Virus record (IMG/VR): IMGVR_UViG_3300043436_004687
Coordinates: 62,001-126,000 of that record
Strand: one strand, 5' to 3'
DNA: 64,000 nucleotides
Part shown: positions 29,614 to 38,563 of the stretch, piece after piece
Layout of the letters: every line of letters starts with the position of its first letter
Position numbering within the stretch: the first letter of the stretch is position 1
Position numbers and translations under genes: made by a program
The notes under the pieces: model-generated
The model's input: the letters and a program-made list of their open reading frames with translations, nothing else
What the model was told of the DNA's origin: nothing
Databases searched by the model: none

Positions 29614-29698
29614 AAGAGAGTGAAGGAATCGAACCCTATTCAGTTTCCCGAATGCACGGATTTCAAGTCCGCTTGACCACCGTTGGTCACCACTCTCC
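29614..29698 (-). tRNA. tRNA-Ser(UGA)
   Basis: Acceptor GGAGAGT/ACTCTCT, anticodon loop CTTGAAA, long variable arm, T loop GTTCGATT. Confidence 0.9.
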
Positions 29699-29705
29699 AA
29701 ATTTA

Positions 29706-29918
29706 TTACTTCATAATAGAACAATAAATTGCACCTATTATTACCGAGTAAAGAATAAATAAAAATATTAAATTTATAAAATTATAAAAATAATCATAAT
29801 AATTTAAATTCCTAAATTTTAAATATTCTTTTATTGTTACACCAAAAAACCTTGCTTGAGCCCAAATAGTTAAAAAAACCATTATTAAGGTAACAATAAT
29901 TAAAAAACCTAATTTCAT
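29706..29918 (-). CDS. hypothetical membrane protein
   Basis: Two hydrophobic helices; promoter -7 box at 29937..29944. Confidence 0.6.
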   Translation of the reverse strand: MKLGFLIIVTLIMVFLTIWAQARFFGVTIKEYLKFRNLNYYDYFYNFINLIFLFILYSVIIGAIYCSIMK

Positions 29919-29989
29919 ATTAATTTATTTTTTTTGCAAATATAAATTTAATTTACTTATCTAACAATAAAATTAATTTTATATTTTAG

Positions 29990-30061
29990 CACAGATAGTA
30001 AGCCAACGCACTTACAACTCAAGTTTTGGAGACTCGTATGATACTCTTTCACCATATCTGT
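29990..30061 (-). tRNA. tRNA-Trp(CCA), atypical T loop
   Basis: Acceptor ACAGATA/TATCTGT, anticodon loop CTCCAAA, T arm GTAAG-TGCGTTGG-CTTAC. Confidence 0.75.
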
Positions 30062-30065
30062 ATTT

Positions 30066-30143
30066 TGGGGTGGTATATCGGGATTGAACCGATGACCCTC
30101 GGTACCACAAACCGATGCTCTAACCAACTGAGCTAATACCACC
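30066..30143 (-). tRNA. tRNA-His(GUG) with encoded G-1, C73 and CCA
   Basis: G-GTGGTAT/ATACCAC-C-CCA, anticodon arm TCGGT-TTGTGGT-ACCGA. Confidence 0.92.
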
Positions 30144-30152
30144 ATATATTAT

Positions 30153-30376
30153 TTAATCTTCAGTTTCTACTTCGTTTATTTCAACAAATATTACCGTAAA
30201 TCCGCCCTCCTTTTTAAATTTTAATTCACCATAATAACCAGAAGCATCTGCAATTTTTCTGTATTTATCAACAATAAAATCAAAATCATTTATTAGAGTT
30301 AATTTCTTTTCAACGCCTAATTTTCTACAATGTATCATACCACCATTAATAATTATCTTTTTGTCTATTTCTAGAA
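30153..30376 (-). pseudogene. small gene whose 5' end was probably separated by the adjacent TnpB insertion
   Basis: Frame is open upstream of the annotated Met (LEIDKKIIINGG-MIHC); it joins in frame to ATG 31687 (MKIKL) if 30377..31671 is removed. Confidence 0.5.
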
Positions 30377-31671
30377 CTGTTTAAAATCACATAATAAAAT
30401 ATAATTATTTTAACCAAGTGTTACCACTTGACTTGGATAAACAGCAATACCCTCTATTCCATTAGCAAACGCATTTGGAACTGCTTTTCTTAATATGTTA
30501 TAACTACCATTTACATCAGAGTTAATAAATTTATTTTCACCTCTAACTTTATACATACCTCGTTTATATCTATATCCACTAAACCCATTTGAATATTTAT
30601 CACCGTAAACTGGTATATAATCTAAATTTAAAAAACTAGCCTTGCTTGTATAACTTTCTTCTTGAAATAATACTTTAATACCGCTTAATAACCCTTTATA
30701 TTGTAACATACTAACTAATTTATCAAATGGTATTGAAACAAAATTTTGGTTGTTTCTCTTTCCCATATTAATTTCTTGTTTCCAAAAATTATTATGTCCA
30801 ACAATAATTGTGTTTAATTCATTTTCAAGACACCAATCAATTAAATATTTACTACTTTGATGCAAATAAGTCTCAATTTTATTATTCCTAATTAAACCTA
30901 ATTTAATTATTTTAGTGGTAGCTTTTCTTGATTTTAATTCAGCTAATTTTTTATTGAAAAATTGATTTATACTTTTTAATGGTCTACCATTAATAATGAT
31001 TGGTTTAACACCATTCTTATTTGAAGTTATAGTCATTAAATTATTTACCCCTAAATCAATAGAACAATAATTATCATTATTTTCTTTTAGTAATATGTTT
31101 TCTCTTTCATATACAATATTTATTTTAAATTTATTATAATATGGTTTAACTTGTACCTCAATTATTTTTTTATCTATATTTTTAACTTTAATTTGAATAT
31201 TTAAAGTTGATAAACCAATCAAACCGTTTTTAATATGTTTAGTTAAAACACTATTATCAATAAAAATAGCTGTAAATCTACCATCTTTTTTTAAATATTT
31301 AGGTAATTTTGGTTTACCTGTGAAACTATTTTTATTTGCTTTATATACTTTAGTTGCTTCAAAAAATCCTTTCCAATTTGCATCAAGTGTTCTAATAACA
31401 CATCTACTAACTCTAGTTGGTAATGCCTTATATTCTGGCAAATCTTTACAAATATTAAACAAATATAGTTTTCTTAACCAATTACCATTAGATATAAACT
31501 CATTTCTTATAATATAGTTTACAGAATTATATAAGTTTTTAGTTTTGAATGTTAATTCATCTAATTCTTTTGTTTTATTTACAATATGTGATTCAACTAA
31601 TTTCATTGTGTATTAATATATACTCCTTTATTATAAATATAAAACATTTTTTAAAAAAATTCAATAATTAC
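30377..31671 (-). mobile_element. non-autonomous tnpB-only element
   Basis: Ends GTAATT... and ...AAACAG resemble the IS607 ends; removal restores an ORF. Confidence 0.55.
30410..31606 (-). CDS. tnpB: TnpB (no zinc finger)
   Basis: CSIDLG, EESYTSK, NSDVNG. Confidence 0.9.
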   Translation of the reverse strand: MKLVESHIVNKTKELDELTFKTKNLYNSVNYIIRNEFISNGNWLRKLYLFNICKDLPEYKALPTRVSRCVIRTLDANWKGFFEATKVYKANKNSFTGKPKLPKYLKKDGRFTAIFIDNSVLTKHIKNGLIGLSTLNIQIKVKNIDKKIIEVQVKPYYNKFKINIVYERENILLKENNDNYCSIDLGVNNLMTITSNKNGVKPIIINGRPLKSINQFFNKKLAELKSRKATTKIIKLGLIRNNKIETYLHQSSKYLIDWCLENELNTIIVGHNNFWKQEINMGKRNNQNFVSIPFDKLVSMLQYKGLLSGIKVLFQEESYTSKASFLNLDYIPVYGDKYSNGFSGYRYKRGMYKVRGENKFINSDVNGSYNILRKAVPNAFANGIEGIAVYPSQVVTLG

Positions 31672-32051
31672 GAAGTTTTATCTTCATACAAAACAACCTT
31701 AATTTTTAAACATTTTTGTTTAGCATAACTAACTAAATCCCCAATTACCTTAGATTTACCATCCCAAAAACAAATCAAAGCATCTGCATAATCAACTATT
31801 TCTTTATTTCTAATTGAAACTGCTGTTAAGTTATATTTATACCAATCTGGCGGGAAATCTTTTATTCTATAATTATTTTCTTTAGCCCAAATTTCACCAA
31901 ATTTATCAGGACCTTGAAAACATTTACATGAAATAACTTCAATTTCAGTTTTATTTTTAAGCATAAAATCACAAGTATCCTTTAATAATTTATAATCATT
32001 AAATCGTCTACCCCCAGTAATAATTACCTTAAACATATATTTTATTATCAT
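31668..32051 (-). CDS. SLOG/YspA-like (DUF2493) protein
   Basis: VIITGGR.F.DY, RN...V..AD..I.FWDGKS. Confidence 0.8.
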   Translation of the reverse strand: MIIKYMFKVIITGGRRFNDYKLLKDTCDFMLKNKTEIEVISCKCFQGPDKFGEIWAKENNYRIKDFPPDWYKYNLTAVSIRNKEIVDYADALICFWDGKSKVIGDLVSYAKQKCLKIKVVLYEDKTS

Positions 32052-32388
32052 TTGTTACCAAAGTATCAAACTTATTAAAATCAACATCAACCTCATTCAT
32101 TTCCCAATAAGGATTGTTTCGTGGGTTGTATTTTATTTCAATTAAATCTTCAACATTAATTGGTTTGGATAGGATTTCCAATTTTTCACATTCAACCCAA
32201 GCACAAACTCTTTTATTAGCACCATCGAATATTTCTTCAGAAGTTTTTTTATTATTTTTCAATAAACAATTAGTTAATCTAAATGTAACCTCATTCGGAT
32301 TATAATAAAATATTAGTTTACTAGGATATGTTACCTTCCATTTTTTAAAATTTTTACCCCTGGATAAATTAAATCTAACTTTAAACAT
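32029..32388 (-). CDS. hypothetical protein
   Basis: 119-aa ORF overlapping both neighbours. Confidence 0.7.
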   Translation of the reverse strand: MFKVRFNLSRGKNFKKWKVTYPSKLIFYYNPNEVTFRLTNCLLKNNKKTSEEIFDGANKRVCAWVECEKLEILSKPINVEDLIEIKYNPRNNPYWEMNEVDVDFNKFDTLVTNDNKIYV

Positions 32389-32830
32389 TTTGAATTATTT
32401 CCCTTATTTTCATTATTAATCTACCAAGATGGTTTTCACCTAAATTTGGGTTAGTATTCAAATCAACACCCCAAAATAAATCGTTGTGATAATTACCCTC
32501 TTGTATATTTTGGTTACCAGTTTCAATTAACTTACTCCTAAAAGGTTCTTTATTGAATTTTAATGAGAGACATTCCTCCATAACTTTCAGTTTTATATTA
32601 TCCCAATTATCTACAAATGGTTCCATATTTATTCGTTCTTGAGATAACTTTTTAATATTATATGGGGTTATTGTTTTACTAGTACAAAGTTCTTTCCAAT
32701 CAATAGAATTAAATTTTTCACTCATATAAACATGTTCAACTGATTGGAAAGTTCTACCCTTGTAAGTTATTTCAACCAGAGCCATATTAGATAACCACCT
32801 AAATTCTGGGTTTTTGAATGAATGGATCAT
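32381..32830 (-). CDS. NADAR (YbiA-like) domain protein
   Basis: WLSN, F.SVEH, KF, L..TG, D.FWG, G.N.LGRL.M..R. Confidence 0.9.
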   Translation of the reverse strand: MIHSFKNPEFRWLSNMALVEITYKGRTFQSVEHVYMSEKFNSIDWKELCTSKTITPYNIKKLSQERINMEPFVDNWDNIKLKVMEECLSLKFNKEPFRSKLIETGNQNIQEGNYHNDLFWGVDLNTNPNLGENHLGRLIMKIREIIQNV

Positions 32831-33984
32831 TAAATTAATTTTTTAAATTCTTCAATTTCTAATTTATTTACCATTTTACCAACTTCTGGACCAGATACAT
32901 TATATTTGTTAATCACATCCTGACCACTAATACTTAATTTATACTTAATAAAAGCATTTAAGAGATTATTATCTATTTCATGAACTAAATGTCCAAACCT
33001 TCTTAATTGTTCATCAGATAATCTTATGTTTGATTGTAATTTCTTAGCTAATGGTGCGTTTTCAATTGTTAAACCCAATAAAGAAACTAAAAATGAAATT
33101 GATTTTACTTCCTCACTTGAATAGGTAAGAGTATTTAACTGTTTTTTTAATAAATCAACAGAATTATTTCTCAATAAAAAAGCTAATAGAATAACATAAT
33201 CCTTTTCTTCAATAAAATCACTATCAACATTCAACCCCCTAAATATTTCTTTAAAGAGATCATATCTTTTATATAAATCCAATAAAAATTTGATTGATTG
33301 TGCTGATTGAATTGATTTTAATAATTCATCTCTAATTCTTTCATTTGAAACTCCGTTTAAACTAGAATTTTTTAATAATTGTTTATCAACATCCTCATCA
33401 ATTTTTGAGTTATATCTAGCACTAAACCTACAAAATCTTAAAATCCTTAGTGGGTCTTCTTCAAATCTATCTTCTGCTTTACCAACAGTTCTAACAATAT
33501 TATGTTTAATATCACTAATACCACCAACCAAATCAATTATTTCACCCTTATCAATGTCATAATAAAGAGCGTTGCAAGTAAGATCTCTTCTTTCAGCATC
33601 GGTGTTTATTGAAACACCTAATTTAACTTCTGGGTGTCTTCCACTAGAATCTGAACGCATAGTTGCTATTTCATATTCATCATTATCGGTGAAAACATTG
33701 ATAACACCGAACGACTTCCCAGTGGCTAATGTTTTATAACCAGATTGTTGTAACATATTTTCAACACTATCTGGTAAAGCATCGGTAACCAAATCATAAT
33801 CTTTTATTTTTTTCCCCAATAAAGAATCTCTAACGGCCCCACCAACAATAAAAATAGAATAATTATTATCTTTAAATAATTTATTCATTTTTTTTATATC
33901 TTCTGGTACATTTATAGGGAATTTTAATCTAATTTCCCCATTTAAAGCCTCATTAAGCCTTTGCTTTATAAAATTTTTAATCAT
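32830..33984 (-). CDS. cca: CCA-adding tRNA nucleotidyltransferase (class II)
   Basis: VGGAVRD, DYD, RRDLT.NAL, EDPLRILR, ERI..EL. Confidence 0.9.
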   Translation of the reverse strand: MIKNFIKQRLNEALNGEIRLKFPINVPEDIKKMNKLFKDNNYSIFIVGGAVRDSLLGKKIKDYDLVTDALPDSVENMLQQSGYKTLATGKSFGVINVFTDNDEYEIATMRSDSSGRHPEVKLGVSINTDAERRDLTCNALYYDIDKGEIIDLVGGISDIKHNIVRTVGKAEDRFEEDPLRILRFCRFSARYNSKIDEDVDKQLLKNSSLNGVSNERIRDELLKSIQSAQSIKFLLDLYKRYDLFKEIFRGLNVDSDFIEEKDYVILLAFLLRNNSVDLLKKQLNTLTYSSEEVKSISFLVSLLGLTIENAPLAKKLQSNIRLSDEQLRRFGHLVHEIDNNLLNAFIKYKLSISGQDVINKYNVSGPEVGKMVNKLEIEEFKKLI

Positions 33985-34051
33985 GTACTATATTTTTTAT
34001 TAATTTTATTTATTTTAGCTCCCCTTGAAGAATACTTTTGTAGCCAATTAC

Positions 34052-35382
34052 CGTTCATTAAAACTTATGAAAATCTAGGATTCTCACTTATCCCAATTTC
34101 TATAGATTAACTCTATATGGGTGAACGGCAACACCCTCTATTCCGTCAGCAAAAGCATTCGGAACTGCTTTTTTAAGTATATTATAACTTCCATTTACGT
34201 CAGCATTAATAAGTGTATTACTCGCAGATTGAAATAACCCTCGCTTGATTCGTTTACCTACGTAAACCTCATGTTTAGTTATTTTTTCATTATCTAAAAA
34301 TGAACACTTACTGGTATAACTCTCTTCATGTGTTATAAAATTAATTCCGTGTTTCTCACATTTATATGTAAGCATTTGAATTATTTTATAATAAGGGATC
34401 TGAACAAAGTTCTGGTTGTTGACTCTACCAATATTAATACCTTGTTTCCAATTCTCATTATAGCCAACAACAAGTGTATTTAATTCATTCTGTAAACAGA
34501 ATTTAACAAGATAATCAGTTGATTTATGTAAGTAATCATTTACTTTACAATCTCTTTTAAAAGTTAACTTCTGAATACGTTTAGATGTCTTTACATTTTT
34601 AGGTAATGCGCTTTGGTAATTAGATTTTTGTTTATTGTAAAATTGATTTATGGATTTTAATGGTCTACCGTTAACTACTACAGGTTTAGTTCCTGCCTTG
34701 TTTGATGTTATAGTCATTAAATTGTTAAGTCCTAAATCAACTGAACTATAATGTTTATTATCTTTCTTTAAAGGTTGTTCTTTATGGTCATATATTATAT
34801 TGATTTTAAATTTATTTGTTCTTGTGGGGATTACTTGCACTTCGATTAATTTACCAGTTGTTTGTAATGGTATTCTTAATTTAAGTGAAGATAATCCAAT
34901 TTTACCATTTTTAGGTTTAAGTATTGCTGTTTCATAAAACAAGGCAGTAAACTTTCCATTTTTAGGTAAATACTTGGGTAAATTAGGTTTAGCTTTAAAC
35001 AGTTGCTTATTAGCTCTCCATTTTTTAATACAAGAGAAGAATGATTGCCAGTTAGCATCTAAAGTTCTAAGAACACCACGAGCAATACGTACTGGTAGAC
35101 ACTTATATTCTTCAATATCTTTACAGATGGTAAACATATCGAATTTAGAAATGTATTTACCAGTAGAAATAAATTCGTTACGGATAATGTAATTAGCTTT
35201 ATTATAAAGGTTTTTACATTTAAACGTAATTTGGTTTAGTTCGATAGACTGATTAATGATATGTGATTCAACTAGCAGCATTTAATAAGTGTAATAATTT
35301 TCTTTACTCTACATATAAATATATAGAAAAATGTAAAAGTTTGATTTAGATAAAGAATAAATTATTAAATAATGTTAATAAC
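34052..35382 (-). mobile_element. non-autonomous tnpB-only element (ends approximate)
   Basis: Left end GTTATTAAC resembles IS607 GTAGTTAAC; right end ...TGAACG|G. Confidence 0.45.
34100..35281 (-). CDS. tnpB: TnpB, paralogue of 30410..31606
   Basis: SSVDLG, EESYTSKCS, NADVNG; shared VESHI N-terminus. Confidence 0.9.
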   Translation of the reverse strand: MLLVESHIINQSIELNQITFKCKNLYNKANYIIRNEFISTGKYISKFDMFTICKDIEEYKCLPVRIARGVLRTLDANWQSFFSCIKKWRANKQLFKAKPNLPKYLPKNGKFTALFYETAILKPKNGKIGLSSLKLRIPLQTTGKLIEVQVIPTRTNKFKINIIYDHKEQPLKKDNKHYSSVDLGLNNLMTITSNKAGTKPVVVNGRPLKSINQFYNKQKSNYQSALPKNVKTSKRIQKLTFKRDCKVNDYLHKSTDYLVKFCLQNELNTLVVGYNENWKQGINIGRVNNQNFVQIPYYKIIQMLTYKCEKHGINFITHEESYTSKCSFLDNEKITKHEVYVGKRIKRGLFQSASNTLINADVNGSYNILKKAVPNAFADGIEGVAVHPYRVNL

Positions 35383-35418
35383 TAATTTTTCGTATGAAAA
35401 CATATATTTTCTTAGAAT

Positions 35419-35682
35419 TTATTGAACAGTTAAATTACCCCATTTTTCTTTTTGTATGTCGTAATAAGTCATATCTTTAATTTTAGATGGGATATATTCA
35501 CCTGGTTTAGAGGATATGTGATATTTATTTTTGCACAAATCACATTGATAAATGGAAAGTTCATCTCTCCATGGATTTTTATCACTTCTTGATAAGATTG
35601 AGAATAATGCTTTTTTAGCTTCCCATTTTGTATTATAAGATTTTTTATTACAATTCATATTAAACATATTTTTAAAATACAA
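35419..35682 (-). CDS. hypothetical protein with CxxC/H zinc motif
   Basis: C.K.SY...Y.C..C...YHISS. Confidence 0.6.
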   Translation of the reverse strand: MYFKNMFNMNCNKKSYNTKWEAKKALFSILSRSDKNPWRDELSIYQCDLCKNKYHISSKPGEYIPSKIKDMTYYDIQKEKWGNLTVQ

Positions 35683-35756
35683 ATATACTAAAAAAAATTA
35701 TATTATAACAATAAAATTTATATTTATTATTATAACAAAGACCTAAAAAAAATATT

Positions 35757-35846
35757 ATGTGTAGTTGCAAACCAAAACCTCAAACACAAACTGTGATTTC
35801 AATTCAAAAACCAGCTCAACCAGCTCCGACAAATCAACCAAAATAA
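35757..35846 (+). CDS. 29-aa peptide MCSCKPKP...
   Basis: Clean small ORF preceded by a TATTTAT late-type motif. Confidence 0.45.
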   Translation: MCSCKPKPQTQTVISIQKPAQPAPTNQPK

Positions 35847-35853
35847 CGATACT

Positions 35854-36168
35854 TTAAAGTATCGTTATTTTTTTATCTTGAACATATTTTTTATTGTTAT
35901 AAAATATTGTAGTTACTCTAAACAAATATTCACCACTTTTTAATAAAAGTTTACCCTTTAACATACAATTATTGACTTTTTCTGTAAGAATATTTTTTTT
36001 TGTTTTAACTTCAATAAGTTCAATTACCTTAAACGAATTTTCTTTATTAAAATTAAAGCTTAACATATCACCATCAATGCTAATATTAACATTCTGATTA
36101 GTTATTGTTTGACTAATTACCTTATTAGAAACAAGAAAAATAAAAAAAATTATAAATAGATTTTTCAT
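35854..36168 (-). CDS. hypothetical secreted protein
   Basis: Signal-peptide-like N-terminus. Confidence 0.65.
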   Translation of the reverse strand: MKNLFIIFFIFLVSNKVISQTITNQNVNISIDGDMLSFNFNKENSFKVIELIEVKTKKNILTEKVNNCMLKGKLLLKSGEYLFRVTTIFYNNKKYVQDKKITIL

Positions 36169-36235
36169 ATATTAAAAATTTAATAATCAAAATTACAAAA
36201 AAAATATTAAAATACCAAATATTTTTTATTTTTTT

Positions 36236-37492
36236 TTAATTACAATTACCTTTTAAATTAAAACCAGTTTTACCAACTGGTGAATAAACACTAACTTTAG
36301 TTTCTGAATCATTAACGTCGTATTTTAAAATACCCTTTTTCATGGTATAAAATACAAATTCTCTTTGACCAGAATCCCATAGTTGTTTTAACTTAATAAC
36401 ACCATTTTTAATTTCATTTCTACTATCCTTTAAATAATCATAATTTGAGTCATTTAATAAGGTATTTAATAATTCATCAAAACTATTAAATTTTTTTAAA
36501 TCCTTTAAACCCTCCATTGCTGGTATTTTAGGGTTGGGAATATTGATTTGCGTTAATTCAGCTACATATAATGGGACTAATTTCCATTCTTTATAATTGT
36601 GTTGTTTATCCACAAAATAACCAGTATCCGCAATTATGTTTCCATTAGAAGTTATTACCATCCTATCTGGAATTGAACCTGGGGAGATGTTCATTTCTCC
36701 ACCATCATTTAATTGTTGTTCAAAACTAAGATAACCATTTTTTTCGGAACTTTGGGAACCATCGTTTTTAGAAAAAGAAATCTCACAAGGTTTAACCTCA
36801 TTCTTACCCTCTAAAAATACATCTAATCTAACATATTGATCTTTAGTGTATTTTTCATCATCCTTATTATAACCATCCCAAGGAACATCACCAATGTTGG
36901 TTACCTTATCGATTTTTATATTTAAATTATTTTGCTTTAGATATGAATTTACTAAATTAGACATTTTGTTAACCCTCATATTAGCTAACTCACCACTTTT
37001 TAAATTATTTTGATTTGGTACTTGAGATTCTGATGCTGTTATTTTTATAGAGTACTTAACATTACTATTTGAATTTAAAAACCCCTTTAGGCTATTTAAT
37101 TTGCTTAAAACACTACCCTCATCAATTTCGTAAGCACCACTTTTAAAACTATTTGTTAAATTTATTGAATATTCAGCTTTTTTATTTTCTTTTCTGATGT
37201 TTGAATTTATGTTGGTCAATTGACTTATTAAATTTTTATTTTCTTTTGTTGTATTTTGATAAGCTTGTGAAAAAGATGGGTTTGCCATAAGTGTTGATAT
37301 GACTGCGGCAGTTATAAATTTTCTTTGGTTTGATTTTAAAACTGATATCAATCTGTTGATTAATTCAGATGAATTTACTTCATCTATAGTTTCACCTAAT
37401 ATAAAATCAATTACTTTTTGATCGGTTTTATTTAAATGTTGTTTATTTTCAAATTCTAATAATGCAACCCTAACCTTATCTTTAACAAACAT
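36236..37492 (-). CDS. hypothetical protein with an OmpA-C-like central domain
   Basis: F.SG.Y.I ... I.I.ASES ... LA..R pattern. Confidence 0.5.
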   Translation of the reverse strand: MFVKDKVRVALLEFENKQHLNKTDQKVIDFILGETIDEVNSSELINRLISVLKSNQRKFITAAVISTLMANPSFSQAYQNTTKENKNLISQLTNINSNIRKENKKAEYSINLTNSFKSGAYEIDEGSVLSKLNSLKGFLNSNSNVKYSIKITASESQVPNQNNLKSGELANMRVNKMSNLVNSYLKQNNLNIKIDKVTNIGDVPWDGYNKDDEKYTKDQYVRLDVFLEGKNEVKPCEISFSKNDGSQSSEKNGYLSFEQQLNDGGEMNISPGSIPDRMVITSNGNIIADTGYFVDKQHNYKEWKLVPLYVAELTQINIPNPKIPAMEGLKDLKKFNSFDELLNTLLNDSNYDYLKDSRNEIKNGVIKLKQLWDSGQREFVFYTMKKGILKYDVNDSETKVSVYSPVGKTGFNLKGNCN

Positions 37493-37530
37493 AAATTCTT
37501 TTAATATAAATAGAAAAAAACCTTAATTAA

Positions 37531-37884
37531 TTAAGGTTTTAAAGTGTTTTTGATTAATTTTATTTCAATTAATTCTTTTATAAAATCACCATGGCAAAAT
37601 AATGGAGCACAATAACAGACCAAATTTACATTACCATTTTTAGCTTTTAAATATATTCTATTTAATTCATCACAAATTTGAGTATTTTTATTATTTATTT
37701 CATTTAATAGATATTCTTTATATTTTTCAATTGCTTCTTCACGAGAATTGCATTGAAATAAAGCTTTAGTATTAATAATGTCTTTAGAACCTGTATATGG
37801 ATTACCGAGTATTGAACCTCGACCAACATAAACATCTTCTTTGGAAGATATGAAATGTTTAGATTTATTTACTACTTTAATCAT
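37531..37884 (-). CDS. DUF4326-like protein
   Basis: VYVGRGS.LGNPY, L.CYCAP..CHGD. Confidence 0.85.
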   Translation of the reverse strand: MIKVVNKSKHFISSKEDVYVGRGSILGNPYTGSKDIINTKALFQCNSREEAIEKYKEYLLNEINNKNTQICDELNRIYLKAKNGNVNLVCYCAPLFCHGDFIKELIEIKLIKNTLKP

Positions 37885-38035
37885 TTATCTTAAAAACCAT
37901 CTTCGATATGTTCTTCGGTAATATAACCAACCCATGGGTGGTAAGGCTTTCTATCAATAAAATGGTCATTACCATATAATTCAATATCTTCTAATTCTTC
38001 TTCTGTCATATTTATATAATAAGTATTTTAAAATA

Positions 38036-38065
38036 AAAAACCATTATAATATTATAATGGTTTTT
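38036..38065. terminator. perfect 30-nt palindrome, terminator-like
   Basis: AAAAACCATTATAAT/ATTATAATGGTTTTT. Confidence 0.65.
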
Positions 38066-38073
38066 ATAGTTTA

Positions 38074-38499
38074 TTATGCCTTATCTTCACCCTCTTTCTT
38101 AGCAAATAACGTCCTAACGGATTCTTGAAAAACCTCATATTTATCATAACCATGTTTAGATAAAACACCAGAGAAAGTTTTTACGTCAGCTGTATTAGTC
38201 ACTGGTAATTCTTTATCATGAGAATAAGAAACCCCAGCTAAAACACTCTCAATTGCAATTACTTTTTGTTCAGCGGTTAATTGTTCAAAAATACCTTGAT
38301 TTACGGTTAATATCACATCTTCACCAGTTAAATGATAAGTAATGTCATTAGTCTTATGAACTTTAATCACATCTTTTTTCTGTCTTTCATCACCTAAGAC
38401 TTTAATATTCATCAAATTATCCAAATTTGTGGATAAGATAACCGAATCAAATTCGTTTTGTACATCATCATGCACTTCATCATACTTTCTTCTTGCCAT
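38074..38499 (-). CDS. hypothetical protein (possible degenerate phage metallopeptidase)
   Basis: 141-aa ORF; F..L...Q pattern without HExxH. Confidence 0.5.
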   Translation of the reverse strand: MARRKYDEVHDDVQNEFDSVILSTNLDNLMNIKVLGDERQKKDVIKVHKTNDITYHLTGEDVILTVNQGIFEQLTAEQKVIAIESVLAGVSYSHDKELPVTNTADVKTFSGVLSKHGYDKYEVFQESVRTLFAKKEGEDKA

Positions 38500-38532
38500 T
38501 TTTAATTAATTTAATTGTTAAAATTTATATTG

Positions 38533-38563
38533 CAAATATATAACTTATTTTTATTCTTGCAAA
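38533..38563 (-). promoter_or_regulatory. Bacteroidota-type promoter
   Basis: TTTG-19 nt-TATATTTG. Confidence 0.65.

Noticed and set aside
29957-30145. 62-aa minus-strand ORF
   Set aside because: It is a reading of tRNA-His and tRNA-Trp.
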